Assembly (NCBI RefSeq): GCF_900184705.1
Contig: NZ_LT859958.1
Span: 230,883-262,882, forward strand
Direction of reading: 5' to 3'
Origin: Candidatus Brevifilum fermentans
Lineage (GTDB): Bacteria > Chloroflexota > Anaerolineae > Anaerolineales > Anaerolineaceae
DNA: 32,000 bases
The notes beneath the pieces are model-generated. The model was not told where the DNA came from, did not search any database, and saw only the letters and a program-made list of their open reading frames with translations. The stretch's first letter is position 1, and each line of letters begins with the position of its first letter. This document shows, in pieces, positions 8,810 to 17,051 of the stretch. The translations under genes were made by a program, and so were the position numbers.

Positions 8810-9820
8810 ATGAAGGTTTTGATCACTGGCGGGGCAGGCTACATCGGCAGCACAATTTGTTCGGCGCTGCTGGATCACGGGCATACCCCGGTTATCCTCG
8901 ATTCCCTGGTCACCGGTCAGCTCGCTTTCACCCGTGGACGCATCTTCTACCATGGCGACATCGCTGACCAGGACCTGGTGCGGCAGGTTTTTAAGGACCA
9001 TCCAGACATCACTGCAACGATCCACTGTGCCGCCCTGATCGTGGTGCCTGAATCTGTGTCAAAACCCTACGAGTATTACCAGGAAAACGTGGTCAAGTCG
9101 ATGGATTTCTTTTTCCAGTTAGCGACTCTGGGTTACCCGCGGGTGGTGTTCAGCTCATCAGCAGCAATTTATGATGTAGTGCCCGGTTTCATGGTCACGG
9201 AGTCGTCTCCGCTTAATCCCATTAGCCCTTATTCGCGCACCAAGTACATGATGGAGATGATCCTCAAAGATTTTTGCCACGCCTACGGGCTGAAGGGTAT
9301 TGCCCTGCGTTATTTCAACCCGATTGGTGCAGACCCGCACATGCGCACGGGTCTGCACATCAAAGAGCCCAGTCACATCCTCGGGCGGTTGGTGGCAGTG
9401 GCGCGGGGAGAGGCACCGGAGTTCCAAATCACAGGCACGGACTGGCCCACCCGCGATGGCACTGGCATCCGCGATTATATCCACGTGTGGAACCTGGCTC
9501 TGGCGCACATCAAGGCGGTTGAACGTTTTGATGCGGTTATTGAGGCGGATGCGAGCCTCGAGAATCCCTATGCGGTGATCAACCTGGGAACCGGTCGGGG
9601 CGTTACTGTGCGCGAGATGGTGAAGGCTTTTGAGCATGTTCTCGGCCGCGAAATTCCCAAGGTGGAAATGCCGCCGCGTCCCGGCGATGTGGCCGGCTCC
9701 TATGCCAACGCGGATAAAGCCCTGTCACTGCTGGGCTGGTCGGCTGAACAGTCGATCGAAGCAGGGATAGCCGACGCGCTTAAATGGGGTGAAATACGCG
9801 ACCAGATTTTGGGGTGGTGA
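8810..9820 (+). CDS. galE: UDP-glucose 4-epimerase
   Basis: MKVLITGGAGYIGS Rossmann start, the SxnYxxxK catalytic context (SPYSRTKYMME), and the GalE-like body (LRYFNPIGA, GTGIRDYIHV, NLGTG.G.TV). AGGAGG lies 6 nt upstream of the ATG at 8810. The ORF-track start 8762 adds 16 non-homologous residues. Confidence 0.9.
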   Translation: MKVLITGGAGYIGSTICSALLDHGHTPVILDSLVTGQLAFTRGRIFYHGDIADQDLVRQVFKDHPDITATIHCAALIVVPESVSKPYEYYQENVVKSMDFFFQLATLGYPRVVFSSSAAIYDVVPGFMVTESSPLNPISPYSRTKYMMEMILKDFCHAYGLKGIALRYFNPIGADPHMRTGLHIKEPSHILGRLVAVARGEAPEFQITGTDWPTRDGTGIRDYIHVWNLALAHIKAVERFDAVIEADASLENPYAVINLGTGRGVTVREMVKAFEHVLGREIPKVEMPPRPGDVAGSYANADKALSLLGWSAEQSIEAGIADALKWGEIRDQILGW

Positions 9821-10023
9821 AGGGGGCAACATAAAGGTTGCGGCGTTGAGTCATCTCCTAAAAGCGTATTCACGATGATCGTGTTTGGAGCGGAACGCCA
9901 GAAGCACAGCGAAAAGGTCTGAAGAAAAGCGAGCGAGATCAGGGTTCATAATTTAATTTCTCATCGAATGCGAGAAAAAATCGTCTATAATATAATCAAC
10001 CACAAGACAAAGGAACGCATTAG

Positions 10024-10341
10024 ATGAGCATTTTCGATTTAATCTTTGGTCATCCCGCCATTCGAGCACTATCCGATGAGCAGAAAAAAGAAGTCAACCT
10101 GCTGCTGGTTGAGCTGGTAAAAATCGGTCGCCTGGACGATTACCTTTCGACCAGCCCGGGCGGACATTTTGATATCCGCTGCCATCACACCGGGGCGCGC
10201 AGGATCGGGATGAAATTGAACCAGATCGGCGGTTTGGAGCTGATGCAGGCTGCCAGGGCGCATGTTAAACGTAAACTGAAAATGGTGATGGCAGAGCACC
10301 TTGATTATTGCTGGCAGGGTATTGGAGATTGGAAAGCCTGA
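10024..10341 (+). CDS. Hypothetical protein (105 aa, soluble, no family recognised)
   Basis: ATG ORF preceded by aAAGGAAcgcattag and by a tandem TATAAT (9986-9996). Codon usage is similar to its neighbours. I recognise no motif. Confidence 0.5.
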   Translation: MSIFDLIFGHPAIRALSDEQKKEVNLLLVELVKIGRLDDYLSTSPGGHFDIRCHHTGARRIGMKLNQIGGLELMQAARAHVKRKLKMVMAEHLDYCWQGIGDWKA

Positions 10342-10391
10342 ACATCTAAGAAATTCAGCAACACTTTTGTCTTTAATAAAAGGAATGTACG

Positions 10392-10877
10392 ATGAACGAC
10401 CACCCCGACTTCCAGGAAGAGCAAACGCCGCGCCCCCCGCATTATGACGAGATAACTGAAGAACAATACGAAAAAGAAGACCAAAAACCTGCCGAAAAGG
10501 CTCACCAGGATCCCTTGAGCGCCATTACCTGGGCGCTGATTCTGATCTGGGCTGGCCTGGTCTTCCTGGCTTCGAACCTGGGCTGGCTGGACAGATTCCA
10601 GCCGCAATTCAACCTGCCGGGAGAGATCGAATTTTTGGGCTTGCGAACCTGGTCGGTCATCGCCCTGGGCGCCGGCATCATCCTCTTATTTGAGGCGATC
10701 ATCCGCACGATTGTGCCTGCTTACCGCCGTTCTACCGGCGGAAGTTATTTCCTGGCAGCCATCTTGCTGGCGATCGGGCTGAATGCGATCTTCGGCTGGC
10801 AACTCATTTGGCCCCTTGTGTTGATCGGTATGGGTCTGGCTGCCCTGGCTAACGCTTTTTTCCATAGGCGCAAATAA
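10392..10877 (+). CDS. Hypothetical membrane protein (acidic N-terminal tail plus about 4 TM helices)
   Basis: 161 aa with AAAGGAA 7 nt upstream of the ATG. The N-terminal 40 aa are E/D/Q/P-rich, followed by four hydrophobic segments (ITWALILIWAGLVFLA, WSVIALGAGIILLF, YFLAAILLAIGL, LIWPLVLIGMGLAAL). Confidence 0.6.
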   Translation: MNDHPDFQEEQTPRPPHYDEITEEQYEKEDQKPAEKAHQDPLSAITWALILIWAGLVFLASNLGWLDRFQPQFNLPGEIEFLGLRTWSVIALGAGIILLFEAIIRTIVPAYRRSTGGSYFLAAILLAIGLNAIFGWQLIWPLVLIGMGLAALANAFFHRRK

Positions 10878-10880
10878 GGT

Positions 10881-11389
10881 TTAAAACAGGTCCGGATCCA
10901 GATTTTTAAGCAGCCGCCAGGTATGCAGCAGGGGAGTATGCCAGCGTTCGCGCCCGGTACAGCGAAAATACGGGATTTGGTAGGCGCGCACCAGGTCGCC
11001 GATTTTGTAGCGCGCCAGTATGGGGGTAAAAACGATCAAACTGCCGGTTTCACCCGGTTCCATTTCGTACAGCATTTTCACACCGTGGCGGTCATGGGGA
11101 TGAACTTGGTCTCGTCTTTGGTTATGCCGTGGGTGATCGCCCAGCCCAGGGCGGTTTCGTGTAGTAAAAGTTCGTTTTCGCCCGCCCTGACGCGTTCGAT
11201 GCGGGGCTTATAATCGTCATAGGTTGAAACGGGGAATTTCGCCCGGTAATCCGCGCTGCTGCTGACGGTGCTGGCGCCAAATTTTACACTATATGCGGTT
11301 TGAGCGTAGATTCTCAGCGGACTTTGCAGCACAACTTCCTGGGCTGCTGGCGGATTTTCCAGTGATGCCTGCCAGGGCTGCCCCGCCAA
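10881..11389 (-). pseudogene. Relic of a GH3-family (acyl-acid amido synthetase / adenylate-forming) gene, internally deleted and frame-broken
   Basis: Two abutting ORFs overlap in GTGA at 11078-11081. The 103-aa piece matches the GH3 N-terminus (YRAKFPVSTYDDYKPRIERVRAGENELL....ITHGITKDETKFIPMT, where GH3 has SSGTT..K.IP). The 66-aa piece matches a C-proximal GH3 segment (YEMEPGETGSLIVFTPILARYKIGDLV......F.CTGRE). The roughly 250 aa normally between them and the C-terminal tail are absent. Confidence 0.5.
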
Positions 11390-11395
11390 CCCACC

Positions 11396-12799
11396 CTACT
11401 GGTGCCGGATCTCCGCCAAGCCTTTCCAGACTAAAATGCTCACCGTGACCACGAAATATGCGCTTAACAGGGCTGCTTCCGACAGGTAGCCCAGCACCGG
11501 CACGATCAAAAATGCCAGCCCGATCTTGCCCAACATGGCGAGAAAGCTGACTCTTAAGGGCAATTCTGCCCTGCCAAAAGCCAGCAGCAGGGAACGGTCC
11601 CAGTAGAAGGTATTGGCGATTCCATAACCGACCATCAGCACCATTAACACCGCAAAAGCTGGTGCATACGCTTCTTTGTAGATATAAATGGTGCGTCCAA
11701 ACAGCATCCAGGGCGAAAAAAGCAGTTGCCGCCCTAACAGCAACAACCCGGCAGCCACAGTCCCCGTCCAGGCGCCTGAGACGGTGGTGACACGGATGAG
11801 CAATTGCTTGAGCCGGTTCCATTCGCGGCGGGCAACGTGTCGGGTGATCTCCGGAAAGGTGGTGCTGATGAAAGGTGTGATCGGCATCACCACCAGGTTG
11901 ATCACGGCCTGTGCAACCTTAAAATAGCCGGCTACCGAGGTATCGAAGAAATAGCTCACCCACAGCACCTCGCTATCGCGCGCCAGGGTGGTGACCATAC
12001 CGCTGAAGTTGGAATTGACAGCAAAGCTTAACATCTCTTTGCGCTCTGGCAGGTTGCCGCGCAAGGTAGTTCGCCACCAGCCCTTCCCCAGGTGTTTGGG
12101 TAGCCAGTACAGGGCAACAAAAACCGGGCCGAGCCCCAGGATCGTCTTACCCGCCAGGTATACCAGCATGACGGCAAACACACCCCCTTTCACGAGGAAT
12201 ACCAGGGCGAACAAGCCGATGGTGACCAGGCTCTGGATAAAATTGATCAGCGCCAGTGATTTGAAGTGACCGGTCACCTGCAGCGCGCCGGTGGCGGTTT
12301 CGGTGATCATATTGCTGAGGATCGTGATCCCGTAAATGATGAACAACGGCTGAACGGCGAGGTCCTTGGCGAAGGTCAGTGCGCCCCAGCGAGACAGGAT
12401 GAGCAATACCAGGTATGCCAGAAGCGAGGTGGAGAGTTCTGCCAGACCGCCCACTTTGATTATCGCTGAGGCGTGTTTGCGCTTGTCCTCAGCCAAAAAT
12501 CCCCCCATGTAGCGGACCACAAAATCACCCATCCGGAAGGACAGCAGGCGGTTGATATTGGTGACAAAGCTGATCACCACCCCCAATTCACCAAAGCTCG
12601 CCACACCCAGAAGATTGGCAGCCAGGACGCTGAGCACAGCGCTGATGGCCTGGCTGGCAAATAAATAGGCTGAATTGCTGACAACCTTTTTGAAGATGGC
12701 GTCCTTGCCCCAGAATTTAATTCTGGAAAACAGCTTTTCGTCCTCTTCCCGGGTCTGCTGTGGATCGTTTTCTGTGTTTTGTTCCTTGTGAAGGCTCAT
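11396..12799 (-). CDS. Polysaccharide/oligosaccharide flippase (Wzx-like, MOP superfamily)
   Basis: Polytopic membrane protein of about 467 aa with 12 or more hydrophobic segments and the usual 'polysaccharide biosynthesis protein' organisation. I chose the ATG at 12799 because it forms an ATGA overlap with the epimerase stop (12796-12798). The ORF-track start is 12823. Confidence 0.8.
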   Translation of the reverse strand: MSLHKEQNTENDPQQTREEDEKLFSRIKFWGKDAIFKKVVSNSAYLFASQAISAVLSVLAANLLGVASFGELGVVISFVTNINRLLSFRMGDFVVRYMGGFLAEDKRKHASAIIKVGGLAELSTSLLAYLVLLILSRWGALTFAKDLAVQPLFIIYGITILSNMITETATGALQVTGHFKSLALINFIQSLVTIGLFALVFLVKGGVFAVMLVYLAGKTILGLGPVFVALYWLPKHLGKGWWRTTLRGNLPERKEMLSFAVNSNFSGMVTTLARDSEVLWVSYFFDTSVAGYFKVAQAVINLVVMPITPFISTTFPEITRHVARREWNRLKQLLIRVTTVSGAWTGTVAAGLLLLGRQLLFSPWMLFGRTIYIYKEAYAPAFAVLMVLMVGYGIANTFYWDRSLLLAFGRAELPLRVSFLAMLGKIGLAFLIVPVLGYLSEAALLSAYFVVTVSILVWKGLAEIRHQ

Positions 12800-13776
12800 G
12801 GGGTTTCGACCTGGCTGACCCAATCTCGTTCTGCCATGTACCAGTCCACCAGGCGAGTGACGCCTTCTTCAAGGTTCACCTGCGGCTCCCAACCGAGGAG
12901 CGCTTTGGCTGTTGTGACATCGGCCTGGTTGGTGTGCACATCGGCGCGGTGAAAAGCTTCGTATTTGATCCGGGCGCGCTTGCCGAGGAGCTCTTCCAGC
13001 ATGTGAATCAGGTGATTGATCGTGATCACCTCATGTCCGCCCAGGTTGATCACCGCATAACCGAGGGGTTTCAGCGCCTGGATTGTGCCGCGGGCGATAT
13101 CGTCCAGGTAGGTGAAGCCGCGCGACTGCTCGCCATCGCCGTTGACGATCACCGGTCGGTCCTCGGCGATCCACTGGCAGAAACGAAACATGACCATATC
13201 CGGCCGCCCGGCAGGACCGTAGACGGTGAAATAGCGCAAAACCGTGACGTCAATGCCATACAGGTGGTGATAGGCAAAGGCCATTGCTTCAGCGCCCTTT
13301 TTGCTGGCGGCATAGGGCTGCAGGGGGTGATCGGTATCATCCGTTTCCTTAAATGGCGGATCGGATTTTTCAGCGTACAGGCTGGAGGTCGAGGCAAGAA
13401 TAAACTTCTCGACAGGGTACTGGCGGCATAGCTCCAGAAGGTTGAGGGTGCCGGTCAGGTTGGTATCCACGTACACCCAGGGGTCTGTCAGGCTGGAGCG
13501 CACCCCGGCGCGAGCAGCCAGGTTGATCACCCCGTCCACTTTTTCAGGCAGCCAGGGTTTTAGGGACTCGATGATGAACCGATCAGCAATATCCTCCTTC
13601 AGAAAGTGAAAATTCGACCGGGTCATCAGCTTTTTTAAGCGGTATTCTTTCAGGCGGACGTCGTAGGCGTCATTCAGATTGTCAACGCCGTACACCTGGT
13701 GACCGGAATCAGTCAGCAATTCCGCCACACGGTAAGCAATAAAACCCGCGACTCCCGAAATCAAATAGTTAGCCAT
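12796..13776 (-). CDS. NAD-dependent nucleotide-sugar epimerase, UDP-glucuronate 4-epimerase-like
   Basis: The N-terminal SGVAGFIAYRVAELL....GHQVYGVDNLNDAYDVRLKEYRL is characteristic of the UDP-uronate 4-epimerase subgroup of SDRs. The YxxxK motif is present (PYAASKKGAE). Its start overlaps the dehydrogenase stop by 1 nt (TAATG). Confidence 0.85.
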   Translation of the reverse strand: MANYLISGVAGFIAYRVAELLTDSGHQVYGVDNLNDAYDVRLKEYRLKKLMTRSNFHFLKEDIADRFIIESLKPWLPEKVDGVINLAARAGVRSSLTDPWVYVDTNLTGTLNLLELCRQYPVEKFILASTSSLYAEKSDPPFKETDDTDHPLQPYAASKKGAEAMAFAYHHLYGIDVTVLRYFTVYGPAGRPDMVMFRFCQWIAEDRPVIVNGDGEQSRGFTYLDDIARGTIQALKPLGYAVINLGGHEVITINHLIHMLEELLGKRARIKYEAFHRADVHTNQADVTTAKALLGWEPQVNLEEGVTRLVDWYMAERDWVSQVETP

Positions 13777-15095
13777 TAGAGCCTGACGACCTTGGGGTGA
13801 TCTTTCCCCTGATTTCCCAGGGCATTGCGGGTGTCAACAATCAACTTTGCCCTGGCGAGGATGGCACCGTAATCGTACTGTGCGTGATTGGTGATGATAG
13901 CCACACAATCGGCATGCTCAACCGCTTGCATCAGGTCGGGTACGGAAGAAAGCGACAGCCCTTCCTCCTCAAGATGCGGGATATAGGGATCGTGATAAAT
14001 CACATCAGCGCCTTTTTCCTGTAAAAGGTGGATTACATCCAGGGCAGGCGACTCGCGCAGGTCATCGACATTCGGTTTATAAGCAGCACCCAGGATCAAC
14101 ACCTGGCTGCCGTTGATGGGCTTTTTATGGAGGTTCAGGGCGTCCTGAATCTTTCCCAGGGTATAGCGGGGCATGCTGGTATTGATCTCAGAGGCAAGCT
14201 CGATAAAGCGGGCGGTGTAGTTTAACGAGCGGAGCTTCCACGACAGGTACAGCGGATCAACCGGGATGCAGTGACCACCCAGACCGGGTCCGGGGGTGAA
14301 TTTCATAAAACCAAAGGGCTTGGTGGCGGCGGCATCGATCACCTCCCACACATCAATTTTGAGGCGGTCGCACATGATCGCCAGTTCATTGACCATGCCG
14401 ATGTTGATCATGCGGAAGGTGTTTTCAAGCAGTTTGGTCATCTCGGCTACTTCACAGGTTGAAACCGGCACAATGGTCTCGAGGGCCTGGCTGTACCAGG
14501 CTGTAGCCACTTCCGTGCAGTCTGGAGAGATGCCGCCGATAACCTTGGGGGTGTTGATGGTTGTCCAATCATCCCGACCGGGGTCAACCCGTTCCGGGGA
14601 AAATGCCAGGAAAAAATCTTCGCACACCGAAAGTCCGCTGGTCGACTCAATAGCAGGCAGAATCATCTCGCGGGTTGTGCCCGGGTAGGTGCTGGATTCC
14701 AGCACCACTGCCATGCCCTGATGCATGTGGGGAGCCAGGGACCTGGAAGCCGAAACAATAAAGGAAAGGTCCGGGTCGCCAGTTTTGCGCAAGGGCGTGG
14801 GAACACAAATTGATACGGCATCGACCTGGCTTAAAATGGCATAATCGTTACTGGCGGAAAGCAAACCCGCATCAACCAGCGCTTTGACGCGTTCGGAGCT
14901 TACGTCGAGAATATAGCTCTCCCCCCGGTTGATGGTCTCCACTTTCTCGACGTCCGGGTCCACGCCTACTACGGTGAACCCGGCTTCGGCGAACACCACA
15001 GCCAGGGGCAGCCCCACATAACCGATGCCTACCACGCCCACGCGGGCGCTTCGGTCACGGAATTTTTGGATTAAGTTTTCTTTGATCGTTCCCAT
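13776..15095 (-). CDS. Nucleotide-sugar 6-dehydrogenase (UDP-Glc/UDP-GlcNAc dehydrogenase family, TviB/WbpO-like)
   Basis: The N-terminal Rossmann fold VGVVGIGYVGLPLAVVFAEAGF..VGVD, the catalytic Cys context GLGGHCIPVDP, and a C-terminal UDP-binding domain (VLILGAAYKPNVDDLRESPA). Confidence 0.9.
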   Translation of the reverse strand: MGTIKENLIQKFRDRSARVGVVGIGYVGLPLAVVFAEAGFTVVGVDPDVEKVETINRGESYILDVSSERVKALVDAGLLSASNDYAILSQVDAVSICVPTPLRKTGDPDLSFIVSASRSLAPHMHQGMAVVLESSTYPGTTREMILPAIESTSGLSVCEDFFLAFSPERVDPGRDDWTTINTPKVIGGISPDCTEVATAWYSQALETIVPVSTCEVAEMTKLLENTFRMINIGMVNELAIMCDRLKIDVWEVIDAAATKPFGFMKFTPGPGLGGHCIPVDPLYLSWKLRSLNYTARFIELASEINTSMPRYTLGKIQDALNLHKKPINGSQVLILGAAYKPNVDDLRESPALDVIHLLQEKGADVIYHDPYIPHLEEEGLSLSSVPDLMQAVEHADCVAIITNHAQYDYGAILARAKLIVDTRNALGNQGKDHPKVVRL

Positions 15096-15166
15096 GGGAT
15101 GAACCCTTTTTTATAATAGAATTCGAAAGATTATTTTATCACAGACCCTGGCGGCAGCACGTCTTT

Positions 15167-15826
15167 CTAAAATAAACTCAACTGTTCTGGCTGATCGTTG
15201 CCCGCCGGATCATCACCGGGAAGGTCTAGGTTGGCGTCCTGAGACACGGTGCTGGTTTGGCGGGCAGCCTGTGCTTTTTTCATTAGACTGGGTAATTTTG
15301 CAAAATCTTCTTTGACCACGTTGCGTAGGGATGGCTGATGCAAGGCGGCTGCCGGGTGATACATGGCCACCACCATGCGTCCACGGGACCAAAAATCGCG
15401 GCCATGAATGAGGCTGATCTTTCCCTTGTCGATAAAATAGTTCATCGATACCCGCCCAAGGGTGACGATCACATCCGGGTTGATCGCTGAAATCTGACGT
15501 TCAAGGTAGAATTTGCAGGCATTCAGTTCTTCCGGTTCAGGGTCGCGATTGCCAGGCGGGCGGCATTTGACCACGTTGGTAATAAACACTTCTTCGCGTT
15601 TGAACCCCGCATCGCCCAGGAGTTCATCTAAAAAATTTCCGGCTGCGCCTACAAAGGGTCGCCCCTGTTCGTTTTCGTAAAAACCGGGTCCCTCGCCAAT
15701 AAACATGATCCGCGAATGGGGGTTTCCCTCCCCGGGAACTGCATTCTTGCGGGAAAGATGCAACGGGCAGCGGGTGCAAACCCGGGTTTGCTGTGCGATT
15801 TCATCTAAAATTTCTTCGGGCGTCAA
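15167..15826 (-). CDS. Uracil-DNA glycosylase, family 4 (4Fe-4S), with C-terminal beta-clamp-binding-like tail
   Basis: Family 4 motifs are present: CTRCPL, FIGEGPG..E...G.PFVGAAG, VKCRPP, C.FYL, YHPAA. The ORF-track start (GTG 15856) lacks an RBS. An in-frame TTG at 15826 has GGAGG 6 nt upstream, so I chose it. The stop codon is unambiguous. Confidence 0.85.
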   Translation of the reverse strand: MTPEEILDEIAQQTRVCTRCPLHLSRKNAVPGEGNPHSRIMFIGEGPGFYENEQGRPFVGAAGNFLDELLGDAGFKREEVFITNVVKCRPPGNRDPEPEELNACKFYLERQISAINPDVIVTLGRVSMNYFIDKGKISLIHGRDFWSRGRMVVAMYHPAAALHQPSLRNVVKEDFAKLPSLMKKAQAARQTSTVSQDANLDLPGDDPAGNDQPEQLSLF

Positions 15827-15862
15827 AACACACCTCCAGCGTATTGAATAACACACTCAATA

Positions 15863-16381
15863 TTATCGGTTATCCACCAGTTCGGCAAGTATTTCAGGCA
15901 CCAGTGGGTTTAAAGTCATCAAAAGTGCATCTTCGCCGGCATCCTGATAATATCCTTTGCGGACGCCAACCACAGCAAAGCCAAATTTATTGTAAAGATG
16001 AAGGGCGTCCTGGTTACAGGCTCTGACCTCCAGCAGTGCGTGGGTTGCGCCCAACCGGGTTGCTTCCAGTAACACTTTTGCCAGCAATCGCCGGGCGATG
16101 GAACGCCCGCGGTACTCCGGGTGAACTGCCAGCGTTCCGATATGGGCTTCATCGAGGATCAGCCAGACGATCACATTCGCGACAACCCTTGGTGGATGGG
16201 GTTCTTCAATCCATTCTGCGACCCAGCACAAAGTTCCCTGGTTTTGTGCAAGGGCTTTAATAAAATCTTTTTCAGCCCAGGGTGTGAGGAAAGAGGCTTG
16301 CTCGATAGCGCTAATCGGACTTAAATCCGCCGCGGTCATTGGGCGTAGACGGATGTACCCCTCATCGGTTTTCGATCTCAT
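15863..16381 (-). CDS. rimI: Ribosomal-protein-alanine N-acetyltransferase
   Basis: GNAT fold (IRLRPMTAADLSPISAIEQASF, LAVHPEYRGRSIARRLL, LEVRACNQDALHLYNKFGF), positioned directly after tsaE-tsaB as in many bacteria. Confidence 0.85.
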   Translation of the reverse strand: MRSKTDEGYIRLRPMTAADLSPISAIEQASFLTPWAEKDFIKALAQNQGTLCWVAEWIEEPHPPRVVANVIVWLILDEAHIGTLAVHPEYRGRSIARRLLAKVLLEATRLGATHALLEVRACNQDALHLYNKFGFAVVGVRKGYYQDAGEDALLMTLNPLVPEILAELVDNR

Positions 16382-16382
16382 A

Positions 16383-17051
16383 TTATCCAGGAATGGCGGA
16401 CGTTGTGCTCAGATAGGTCGGCGCCAGGCTTGCAGGGTCGTCAGTATCGCCAGCCTGCAGGCGTGCCCATCCCAGGGCTGCCAGGAAACCTGCCCGACGC
16501 AAACAACGTTCAGGCGGGAGCAGGCACGCGTTTTTCCAACGGCGCCCAATGATGGCGCGGGCTTCTGCTGATAATTCGCCACAGATCAACGTGGGCGATT
16601 CAATGGTTTTAACCAGGTCCCTGGCATCCAGCACCACAGGCTCGCCCTGTGCAACCCACTCACCGCCAACGACATGGTAGGTGCCACAGGCTAATCGCTG
16701 GCGCCCGGCATGTAAAACAGCGACCATTGGACGCTCATCGAGGGGCTGTGCTTTGGCAATGACATCCAGTGAAGGGATACCCACAAGCGGGATGTTAACC
16801 GCCAACGCCATGCCCTTAATAAATGAGACGCCAATTCGTAAACTGGTGAAGGAGCCTGGTCCCGTCGCCACAGCCAGACCGGTCAGCTCGCTTGGTTTGA
16901 TGCCGGTGGATTTGATCATGCGCTCAAGCGCCGGCGCAAGCTCAACAGTGTGATGATGTTGAGTTTCCCAGGTGACTTCATACCGTAAAAATGTGCCATC
17001 AAACAATGCCAGGCTGATCCATGAAGTTGATGTATCAAGGGCGAATAACAC
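16383..17051 (-). CDS. tsaB: tRNA N6-threonylcarbamoyladenosine (t6A) biosynthesis protein TsaB
   Basis: MLFALDTSTS start, GPGSFTSLRIGVSFIKGMA motif, 222 aa. Its start overlaps the tsaE stop by 1 nt. Confidence 0.9.
   Translation of the reverse strand: MLFALDTSTSWISLALFDGTFLRYEVTWETQHHHTVELAPALERMIKSTGIKPSELTGLAVATGPGSFTSLRIGVSFIKGMALAVNIPLVGIPSLDVIAKAQPLDERPMVAVLHAGRQRLACGTYHVVGGEWVAQGEPVVLDARDLVKTIESPTLICGELSAEARAIIGRRWKNACLLPPERCLRRAGFLAALGWARLQAGDTDDPASLAPTYLSTTSAIPG

Noticed and set aside
12760-13431. Long antisense ORFs opposite real genes (for example 12760-13431 +, 18748-19509 +, 20144-20800 +, 21114-21740 +, 11289-11822 -, 3409-3930 +, 4399-4878 +, 29655-30113 -)
   Set aside because: Each lies entirely inside a gene on the other strand that has strong family motifs. 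Their translations are low-complexity (R/G/A/P/H-rich) with no recognisable domain. These are typical shadow ORFs of GC-rich coding sequence.
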